Below, in pieces: positions 18,622-27,214 of a stretch of 64,000 nucleotides of DNA (position 1 is the first letter of the stretch; every line of letters starts with the position of its first letter). The stretch lies in NCBI GenBank assembly GCA_000002435.2, contig CM018793.1. One strand, 5' to 3'. The notes below the pieces were generated by a model. That model ran no database searches. It was not told the DNA's origin and saw only the letters and a program-made list of their open reading frames with translations. The stretch comes from Giardia intestinalis. Lineage: Eukaryota. The position numbers and the translations under genes are program-made.

Positions 18622-19272
18622 TTACTTCGAGATCTCCTCGAGGAAGCGAGCGAACGTGCCCGGCTCGGTCGAGGCGTTGAGGAAGCACTGGATGCCCTCT
18701 GCCCACTGCAGCGCCTGCTCGTCGGTGAGGCACGGACTTGTCGCCGTGTACGAGCGCTTGAACTTCGGGAGCCGCGACAGCCTCACTAACTCCTCCCCGG
18801 TCTCCTCTAAGAGGTAGAAGGCAGAGCGCACTCCATCTGATGCTCGCCTGCAGAAGGCGGTGTAGTGGGGCGCGCGCACGAACTCGTCCTCGGGCCTCTT
18901 GACGAAGCGGAAGATGACCCCGAGCTGGTTGAGCCACTGGCAGAACCAGGCCGTGACTCGCTCGTAGTCCTCCGTGCCCTCGGCGCAGTCGGCAGTAATG
19001 CGGCCCAGTAGTCTTCCCACCTGGCCACAGAAGCTCTTGAAGGGCGGGCCGGCGCGGGCGGATGTCTGCTGTGCGGGCTCGGGGTGCGAAGTCTGCTGAA
19101 CGGGGTCGGGGTCGGCGTGCGCTCGAGCCTTGAGGGGGCTTCGCTTGCGAGAGGATCCTCGAGGAGGGAGGGCGATGTCTTGCGTGAAGAGGTCCTCGGT
19201 GTAATGCTCAGGAATGATGCCATCTGCCATGCGTCCTTTTATTTTCTTGACGCTCCTATCATAAAGACGCAA
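18622..19272 (-). CDS. Hypothetical 216-aa Cys-containing protein, copy B.
   Basis: Start 'gaaaataaaaggacgcATG'. Shares the AGTAAATGTTTACT 3' palindrome with the small basic gene. Confidence 0.55.
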   Translation of the reverse strand: MRLYDRSVKKIKGRMADGIIPEHYTEDLFTQDIALPPRGSSRKRSPLKARAHADPDPVQQTSHPEPAQQTSARAGPPFKSFCGQVGRLLGRITADCAEGTEDYERVTAWFCQWLNQLGVIFRFVKRPEDEFVRAPHYTAFCRRASDGVRSAFYLLEETGEELVRLSRLPKFKRSYTATSPCLTDEQALQWAEGIQCFLNASTEPGTFARFLEEISK

Positions 19273-19343
19273 ACCATTTCAAATCCACTTCTACCAAACA
19301 ATATTAAATTCACTTCCTTCCGGCGTCTGCAGAAAAAAAAAAA

Positions 19344-19787
19344 ATGCTGGACCTCCGCAAGCTTAACAAGGAGGACTTCGAGCAGGCCATAGCCACCTTC
19401 ATCGAGCGTGCTCTTGACCTCGAACGGCCGGAAGATCTGAACAAAGACGAGCCGATTTATAACAGAAGCTATCTCCAGATCGACCCCGTCACGCACGGAG
19501 AGTATAACCTCACCCCGGCCGTTCTCTGGTCGCTGATAGTTATGACACTGACCTCCTATGGCCTTACAATGTTTACTGAGGACGACTGTCTTTGCGTGCA
19601 ATATGGCAAAATATACAAGTTTCCCATCGAGCCGGCAGACGAAGACGTTCTCAGAGAGATACACTATGCCATACACGTTGAAGCGACAGAAGACTTGGAA
19701 CTCTTCCCCCAGACCGAAGAGGAGATCGTGGCAGCGTTCAAACAGATACTTGGCGGACAGATAGAATTCCACATCCGACCCAAGTAA
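19344..19787 (+). CDS. Hypothetical acidic 147-aa protein. Occupies the slot that the ankyrin gene holds in unit A.
   Basis: Start 'cagaaaaaaaaaaaATG'. Stop in AGTAAAC. The antisense ORF 19239..19772 is judged spurious. Confidence 0.5.
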   Translation: MLDLRKLNKEDFEQAIATFIERALDLERPEDLNKDEPIYNRSYLQIDPVTHGEYNLTPAVLWSLIVMTLTSYGLTMFTEDDCLCVQYGKIYKFPIEPADEDVLREIHYAIHVEATEDLELFPQTEEEIVAAFKQILGGQIEFHIRPK

Positions 19788-19789
19788 AC

Positions 19790-20230
19790 CTGCGCTCCTC
19801 GGTCATGCGAATCAATTCCCGAATCAGAATCAAATCAAAATCAATTCGTCACAATTAATTGCACGAGGGGTCTCACAGGGCTCAGAAAAAAAAAATTACG
19901 CTGACCTGCCGGGCTGTCTGTATGTCGCACCTCGGTGTCGTGCGGGCCCGACAGGCTGGCTGGCTGGCCGGCAGCTGAACTGAGCCTCGAACGTACCACA
20001 CCCACAACGCGTCTCCTCCCGGCGTGCACAGTTCACGCTGGGCGGTTCCGGGGGGAGGCGCGTTTTTTTTAGAAAAATTACAGGTTTTTTATTCTATCAA
20101 AAATCATAATGTTTGGACGGGAGATTGCAGCAGGGAGAACAAAATCGCGGCGGTCGTTTTCGTTTTTTTGGGTAAGGCCCCCGGCCGGCCCAAAAAAACG
20201 AAAGCGGGCGCCTCGAGGATATATACTACT
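19790..20230. repeat. Conserved inter-unit spacer, copy B (includes hairpin 20155..20206 and the 'atatatactact' junction).
   Basis: Colinear with 13700..14157. Confidence 0.7.
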
Positions 20231-20339
20231 GGCGTGCTCCCTGTAGAGGTGATCGCGCTCTCTACGTTGATCGAGCACGATATTGTACAACTTCTTCACT
20301 TTGAGGTTGCGGCGCCTTATTTGGGTTCTAGCTCGTTCA

Positions 20340-20460
20340 AAGAGCTCCCCGTCGGTTCTAACAGGCCCCAGCTCGTCCACTTCCACAGCCTCAACTACGA
20401 CGGGGCTTTCATCCTTCGACATCAAGGAGGACTCCATCGTCACCGCACGAGGCACCCCGC
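20340..20460 (+). pseudogene. Third, highly degraded polB fragment (ExoII region 'NRPQLVHFHSLNYDGAFIL').
   Basis: Nucleotide similarity to 8866-8960 of polB-A with indels. Embedded in the non-genic ORF 20024..20743. Confidence 0.4.
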
Positions 20461-20864
20461 AGGTCCGGGAGGGCCCGAGCATCGGCCAATCCACGACAGC
20501 ACCAACGATGGCGAAGCAGACCCACAACCATCCCACACTCTGGGCCGGACTCCCGCCCCGCGGGCCCTACTCTGCCCCGCCGCCGCTGGCCCTGCGCCCT
20601 GGGTCGGAGCGGCGGCCCGCGCCCCCGCAAGCCTCTCGGCCGCCGGAGATGCCGCGGCGCCACGCGCTGGGCCGCCCCGGGACCCGGCGCCGTCTTCCAA
20701 AAAACCCAAACCATTGCAAATCGGAATCTCTCCCGGAAAATAAAATGACGCCGGCGCTGCCGGTATGTCGCACCGAGGTGTCGTGCGGGCGCCTGGAAGG
20801 CCTTTCCTCAAGCCCCTCTGCGGAGGGCAGGGCAAGAGCCTGCGCGGCCTGCCCTGGGCGCTGT

Positions 20865-21098
20865 TTACTTCGGCTGGCTCCCGTGGGAGAGCACAACCGA
20901 GACCTTGCGGCAAGCCCTCCCCTGGCCGAGCGTGAACCTGACAGTGAGCTGGTCCAGGCGCATCACAGCGCGGAACGCGGCTCGAACGGTGCGGGGGAGG
21001 GCTCGAACGGCTCGAGCGATGCAGAGGAGCCTCGAGAAGATCCCGGGCGGCCTCGGGGGGTGCTCCAGAGGCGGCGTCGGAATGGTGGCATCAGACAT
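20865..21098 (-). CDS. Candidate small gene (77 aa, Arg/Ala-rich).
   Basis: Minus-strand start 'ggaaataaaaagcagcgaccATG' with an upstream 'cgaattgattttgattc' module. Stop embedded in AGTAAAC. Overlaps a plus-strand ORF (20747..21182) that also carries the cassette promoter. Confidence 0.35.
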   Translation of the reverse strand: MSDATIPTPPLEHPPRPPGIFSRLLCIARAVRALPRTVRAAFRAVMRLDQLTVRFTLGQGRACRKVSVVLSHGSQPK

Positions 21099-24000
21099 GG
21101 TCGCTGCTTTTTATTTCCGGACACCAGGTCAACCCGAGGCCGAATCAAAATCAATTCGGAATCTGTCCGCCAAATAGTTTAGACGAGAAGTCAGACAGGC
21201 CCGAAAAGACGCGACCCGCCGCCGGTGTGCTTCGCCGCGGCGCCGCGCGAGTGGATGCACCAGTCGACCCGAGCGGCGAGAACCAGGCGGGGCAGACGGC
21301 TGGCGTGGGGTAGGAGGGCCCAGGCGCAGATGTGGGTGGCCGCCTCCCCCTAACGCTCTGCACTGTGGCTCCACCGCGCCCGAGGCAAGCAGATGGGCAG
21401 GTGGGCGCACCGACGCGCGGCGCCTGGGCCAAGACCAGGAGGTGAGGCACTAATCCTGCTAGAATAGCTATACGCCGAACCCAACGGAACGCTCGACTCC
21501 ACCTCCTTGGAAAGCACCCGACCACCCAAAAGTGGAAGAGGCCGCCGCTAAGATAGGCACTATGTTGCCCGCAGGCAGCGGCCTCAGCTACAGCACACAG
21601 AACCAAACACAACGCACGCCTTAGCCGCTGGCTCCCCCACCGGGCCATACCTGACGGCGCCCTGGCTAGCTTTGAGGTGCAAGGAAACAACTAGCTTCAC
21701 TCCTGTACACCCTCCCCAGACCAGCCGCCTATCAATCCGCTCGGCTCGCCACAGACGCTCAGTCTGTGTCGGCGCAGCCGTTGAGCTCCGCATTCACAAG
21801 AGTGGATACCAAGCACCACGCAGGCACTAAGGAGGATGGCTCCGTGCAACTGGACCTTGAGCGCAGGACGGCACAGCGTCATCCAGACGGGCTCATAGAG
21901 GTCGACGTCGTCCTGATGACCCGTTTTTGCGGGAGGAAGCCCGGCTACGTGAGATAGACATAGGCCATCCTCACACACGGACACAGTGCTTACCCTCTCA
22001 CCTTGTGGTGCTCCATGTGGCTTCCCATCTATTCATGAAGCCCGCCATGATAACACCTAGTGCACCAACGTCGGTCTTGTGCGCCCACCTGCGGCGCCCT
22101 CTATGGATCCGAGACGCTCTGGTCCCTCGCATTGTGTCGCTCAAACTGCTGGCTCCTCGAGTCTGTGTGCCCCCAGGGGCTCGGTCGAACCAAGAACAAC
22201 GAATCTCAGGCTTGCCCATGAGCTGGAACACGTCCAGGAGCCAGGCACCGTGCAAGCGGCTACCGCTCCCCAGGCGTCAGCTCCAGACTGTGGGGAGGTT
22301 CGCCCGGACACCCGCTGGCCCAGGGGTGGCGGCCCGCCAGGCTCCCAGCCCCCGGATCAATGTCCAAGGGCGGCCGCACAGCAGAAGACCGCCCCGGTGC
22401 CACGGCCGGCGACAGACAACTATTTACAGTGACGCTGCGGCTGCAGAGGCGGGGCCTCGGAGCGCCGGCCTGCCGACACGCTCCGCCGGCTCAGAGAGAG
22501 AGCCCTGGACCCGGCGCGGCTCCGCGAATAGGAGATGCAGCCGTCCTGCTTGGCGCTCTGCAGCAGGGCTATGTTCTCCTCGAAGGACATGGGCGGCGCA
22601 ACGGCCCCGGCCCTTATCACGACCGGCGGGGCATCCCTTAGCCTTGGGCCAACCGGGCGCCGCCCATGAGCCTCGCTGTCAGGTGATGTAGCGTCTTCAG
22701 GCCCCAACGACGCTCGTCACTGTCTCATCGTGCTTTGTGACTTAACTCGTGTGGCCCTTGGCTTGTCCTTGCCACAGAATGCACTCTTGAAGTCGGATGA
22801 GCGGAAACTGATGGTCGACTGTAGCTCGCTGCAACGTTTGTGTGTCGACCACCTACCCAGCCACGCTCAGAGATCAATGACCCGGCCAACTCTTCTTGGA
22901 CAACAAAAAGGCCACCGGCAGACTCGAAATCCTTGTGGACGACACAGGGAAGGGATCCTCGCTGGCATCGATCTTGTCGGGGTCGTGGAGGTAGGTAAGG
23001 ATGATGACGATCTGCTCCATGATGGAGAGCACTGTATCGGTAGGGTTACCGGTTCTTGCACAATCGGCAACCACATCTTGAGGCACCGATCCCAGCGGTC
23101 CATAACGATGACATGGAGTGGGCGTCTCTGAGCACCCGGTAGTGCCTAATGGCATCTAGGTGTCAGCGTCTGGAAATGGTGGCCAGCGCGACCCAGTGGC
23201 CTCCGTGAGCTTCCCACTCTGAGCCTTGGGTAGCTACCTATCACATGGACAGTACCAAAGCTGCCCACATCAAGCACCCCTCCTCGCATCGATGCAGCTC
23301 GTCAAGAGCGAACACGGAATATCGGGTGCGCCGTCCCCAGCCATGACGGTGTCAACGGCGCTGTGCAGAGCACGCTCGGGGGCAGGGGAGTGGCCACCCC
23401 TTTTCCCGGTTGCTGGCTGGCTGGCGAAGTATACGAGGCGCACCCGCTTGTCAGGCAGCTGTCTGAGATGAGGGCATTCCCGGCCCGGAGAGGCCCCTGC
23501 TTAGAACAGGTCACCAATTGTGTAGTAGAAGGAGCACGATCCTTGACATCCTTCCGTGCCAGACTGAAGGAACAAGCTCTGATGCGCTCCTTGCATTTTC
23601 TATTATCATAAACAGTGCTCGATAAGGTAGACGGTATCCCTAAGGAGACACACCGATGCGCTGTGCGAGTCGTCAACCACTTTCCGATCAATCTTATATG
23701 GGTGCGTCTCAGTATGGCCCATATGTTCGCAACATCACAACCGCCGCAGTTGCTATTTACAAAAAGTGGGCCATCAGTGAATGAAGCCAACAAACCCTGG
23801 ACTGTGAGGGAGACGCCTTTTCACGCCTGTCTCATGCCAGTACTTTGGGCCCTCGAATACTTATTGCCGCAAACCAAGCCAATCTATCGGCGTGTCAGGC
23901 GTATCGTTGCGACCATAAGGCTCAGTTTCTTTCATAATTAGCCCTGCTACCATCCACATCGCTGCGAGTGTCCCGCAATAGACTTGAGTAGGAAGCGCTT

Positions 24001-24297
24001 TAAACCCTTGACAAAAGCCCGCAGGCGGCACTAAACGCGCAGTTGATAAGCAAAATGGCCTTAGCCCCAGTAGTCTGTACAGCGCTGGTTGCGCCACGTA
24101 GCAGGCTTTCGGAGCACCCGTCTTCCCCTTCTTCCACAAGGGGTCCCGCTGTTGGTCATGGTGTTCTGAAATTGGACTGTTTTAGGCACATCCAGAATAC
24201 TCACACCCACCCTACTAGCGCACCTAATGCCTGTGCCGGATGAAATAGTGAGCGCGATCCATTTAACCTCAGTTTTCTGCGTTCAAAGTAAAAATTA

Positions 24298-25077
24298 ATG
24301 TGGAGCTGGGAGAGATCGCACTTTCACCACCATCATCACTACTGTCACCACCATAGTGTCCCTGAGTATGGGGTGCTTGGGGGTTTTGGCGGGCTCATCG
24401 GAGGACTCATAGGGGGCGCCATCGGGGCTAATCTGGGTCGCAAAAAAGAGAGAAAAGAGAAAGAAGTTATAGTCCAGCAGCAGCAGATCTCGCCCCCGCA
24501 GCAGAGTAAAGACAAGGAGGTTCACATCCACATTAACCAGTACACCCCGCCAAATAACGCTGCTCCCTCTCCAGCGGCAAACAATGCTAGCAAGCAAGCT
24601 GGGAGCAGTGCAGAGCCGTCTACACAACACATAGAGGCAGGGCTAGCGTCACTGGAGAAGCTTATGTATCTCGGCAACATAGAGGCGGCTAGGCTGCAAA
24701 TGCCGGCATTCAAGAAGTGGTACTTCTCCGAGCGCGAGAAGTTCACCGACCTCAATCTGCTGGGGGTGTACGACACGCGGCTACTGACTGTAGACATGTG
24801 GCTGGTTAACGATGCCGCAAGGGTTGTTAAGGCGCCACAAGGCCCCTTTACGGAGAACGATGCCAAGAAGGTTATGGAGCGCCTGGTAACCAAGGATGGC
24901 CAGCAACAGTTTGTGCAACTGTTCCAACCCGCCCCCATAATGGAGGGTGATAAGCACGAAGACAAAAGCTCAGAGGAACCACTCTTCCTGCGAAGCCTGA
25001 GGAACGCCAATCTCGCCCCCCGCAGCTCTGTTTCAGCCGACCCCATGCAGGCCTACCCGGGCCTAAGAATGAAGTGA
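24298..25077 (+). CDS. Hypothetical protein with His-rich N-terminus ('HFHHHHHYCHHH') and a Gly-rich 'GGFGGLIGGLIGGAIG' tract.
   Basis: Start 'gtaaaaattaATG'. 259 aa. Confidence 0.5.
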   Translation: MWSWERSHFHHHHHYCHHHSVPEYGVLGGFGGLIGGLIGGAIGANLGRKKERKEKEVIVQQQQISPPQQSKDKEVHIHINQYTPPNNAAPSPAANNASKQAGSSAEPSTQHIEAGLASLEKLMYLGNIEAARLQMPAFKKWYFSEREKFTDLNLLGVYDTRLLTVDMWLVNDAARVVKAPQGPFTENDAKKVMERLVTKDGQQQFVQLFQPAPIMEGDKHEDKSSEEPLFLRSLRNANLAPRSSVSADPMQAYPGLRMK

Positions 25078-25106
25078 CCCTGTACGCGATCGTGCAAGGA
25101 CTCTCT

Positions 25107-26000
25107 TTACTGTTCAACCAGGGCGGTGACCGTGTTTCCAAACAAGTTTTCTGGTTCTAGGGAGGCTACGTCCCGGCGCACTTTATAGTGCGGGTTGTCC
25201 CCCGCCTTTAGCCATGAAAAGTCGCGAACGGTGAAGCACTGGGTCTCGTCTAGCACTGGGTCCAAACCCGACTGCAGTAAACGCTTGTTGAACTCAGGAT
25301 CTAACTTGCCGAGGAGGGCCGTGTGTGCCTCAATGGTGGCACGTGTGAGCGGCGCAAACTGCAGATCAAGGCTGTGCTCAATGATAGGGGAACTTCCGAC
25401 AGCCACGACAAACGTCGAGGACGCTGTGTGGTGGATCCGCAGCTGATGGCAGGAAGCGATGACCACCAGCCCGCGACAGCGCTCCATGTGTAATGCTCCA
25501 GACACGCTGCTGCAAAAGATCATGCAGCCATCACAATCATCGACGTACAATGTAGATAATTGGGTTGGGAGGACTATTCGCGCGTTGACGCACTTGCGCA
25601 GAGTATAGTCCGTGCCTTCTTTGTCCGGCTCGAGTCGAAAGCTAGCGTCAACAATGTCGCAGGTAACGTTTTCATCGATGTACTGAATCACGGGAGCGCT
25701 CGGGGTTTCTACCGCGCTGTCCTTCTTGATATATTTCCTGCTAGAAAAGGCGAAAGCCTTGCGGGGGACCTTGAGCTGCCTCGCTGCAGCCAAATTGTAA
25801 GCCAGCTTAGTCAGCTGGATATTTGTGACGCGCCTGTCATAAGCGCTCAGAGAAGACGTTATTTGTGCCCGGCGCTCATATGCGCGTAGCTGGGCTGCCA
25901 GACCCCGGAGCACCGCCTCTGCCTCGTCCCTGTCTGTGATGGCTCTAAGCTCTCCCAAGGCAGCGTTAAACGCGTCCACCTCTGCGTTCGCTAGGGTCAT
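25107..26000 (-). CDS. Possible tubulin-folding-cofactor-C / CARP-domain-like protein (trimmed to 'MTLANAEV'; boundary +/-1 nt).
   Basis: Repetitive beta-helix-like pattern 'VTCDIVDASFRL...CVNARIVL...VDDCDGCMIFCSSVSG...CRGLVVIASCHQLRIHH'. Weak recognition. The ORF track started at a GTG. Confidence 0.4.
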   Translation of the reverse strand: MTLANAEVDAFNAALGELRAITDRDEAEAVLRGLAAQLRAYERRAQITSSLSAYDRRVTNIQLTKLAYNLAAARQLKVPRKAFAFSSRKYIKKDSAVETPSAPVIQYIDENVTCDIVDASFRLEPDKEGTDYTLRKCVNARIVLPTQLSTLYVDDCDGCMIFCSSVSGALHMERCRGLVVIASCHQLRIHHTASSTFVVAVGSSPIIEHSLDLQFAPLTRATIEAHTALLGKLDPEFNKRLLQSGLDPVLDETQCFTVRDFSWLKAGDNPHYKVRRDVASLEPENLFGNTVTALVEQ

Positions 26001-26070
26001 CGGGGTCGACGAGCGCAAGGAAAATAAAACGGGTAAAGGCACAATTCACTGAGCCTGACAAAAGCCTGTC

Positions 26071-26877
26071 TTAGAAGACAAACTTCTCCTCCTGGTCGTC
26101 CTCTGGACGAATGAAGGTCGAGATCTTCTTCATGTTGTTCTGGAGACCGTCGAGGACAGAGCCCATGGTCCTCACAATCTCGTCGTAGCTGGTCTTGCGG
26201 GTCGCAATCAGCTCAGCAACGACGCCGGCGAGAACCTTGCACTCTGCAGACAGCGAGACGACACCGTCGCGTGCGATGGACTCATAGTGCCTGCTCAGGA
26301 TCTCGGAGTCGCGGAGGTACTCGTCGATGCTCTGCTCACGGTCTGCACGCGCACGGTCATTCATGTCGGTGGCATGCTTGAGGTCGCGGTCCACCTTGCT
26401 GTAGATCTCTGTCGCCAGCGCCATCCTGGTATTGCGCTCGTTGGTGAGATTGCCAATAAAGGCGCCAAAGGACTCCTCGGCACTGGTCTTGAAGTAGCGG
26501 ATAGACTCCAGCAGATCGTCGTGCTCCTGGGCGATCTTCGCCATGGCGTGTCTGCACTTGTGGGCGAGGTCGGAGAAGTTGTCATTGTTCTCCTTCGTGT
26601 GGAGGCTCACAGAGGCCCCGAGCGCATCTCTTGTGTCCATTATGCGGGTGGTGAACTTCTTGCGGATGTCATCGAGGCGCTTGGTCGCTCGCTCGGTCTC
26701 CAACTGGAGGATCTTGTCAAGGTGCTCAATCCCGTTCTGGATGAGCTCGAACCTCTCGAGGTCAACCTGCTTGGTCTCGTCAACCTGCCTCTTGAAGTCC
26801 TCGTGAAAGTCGGTCACACGGCTGTTGATCTTTGCGAGGCGGTCCTTGAGAGAAAACGACGTGGAGACGGTGGTCAT
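26071..26877 (-). CDS. Striated-fibre assemblin family protein (beta-giardin / delta-giardin / SALP-like). Trimmed to 'MTTVSTSF'.
   Basis: 'NSRVTDFHEDFKRQVDETKQVDLERFELIQNGIEHLDKILQLETERATKR' parallels beta-giardin 'NQRVSRFHDKMENEIEVRRVDDDTRVKMIKDAIAHLDRLIQTESRKR'. Coiled coil of about 268 aa. Start 'gccagaaaaaaaATG'. AGTGAAT 25 nt past the stop. Confidence 0.75.
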   Translation of the reverse strand: MTTVSTSFSLKDRLAKINSRVTDFHEDFKRQVDETKQVDLERFELIQNGIEHLDKILQLETERATKRLDDIRKKFTTRIMDTRDALGASVSLHTKENNDNFSDLAHKCRHAMAKIAQEHDDLLESIRYFKTSAEESFGAFIGNLTNERNTRMALATEIYSKVDRDLKHATDMNDRARADREQSIDEYLRDSEILSRHYESIARDGVVSLSAECKVLAGVVAELIATRKTSYDEIVRTMGSVLDGLQNNMKKISTFIRPEDDQEEKFVF

Positions 26878-27214
26878 TTTTTTCTGGCGCAAAAGCGGAC
26901 TATTAATAATTATGAAACAGAGGGCAGAAGGCGCGCATTTGGCCCTGACCATGCACCTGCAGCGTGGCCGGTAGTGCTAGGCGTCTCCTTGCCGTCGAAG
27001 GGTCTGGCTTAGGAATCCGCATCGGCACTCTGCCCGCGGCCAGCCTTTCAGAGCACCAAAATTAGTTTAAGGAACAATCGTCAGCGGAAATCCGTCCATC
27101 GAACAAGGAAAGATCAAGGGTGCATAGCCACTAGCACTACGGTGCAGGATGTTGTGGTAAATTTCCGATTTCACGTGTCTGGACAGGCAGCAGCTTCTGG
27201 GCTCCATCTAAAAA

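Noticed and set aside
19239-19772. 177-aa minus-strand ORF antisense to the 147-aa gene.
   Set aside because: No initiator or AGTRAAY signal. The plus-strand gene has both.
21183-24297. GC-rich block as an rDNA unit.
   Set aside because: Universal SSU/LSU signatures such as GTGCCAGCAGCCGCGGTAA were not found on either strand, and there is no 5.8S-like segment.
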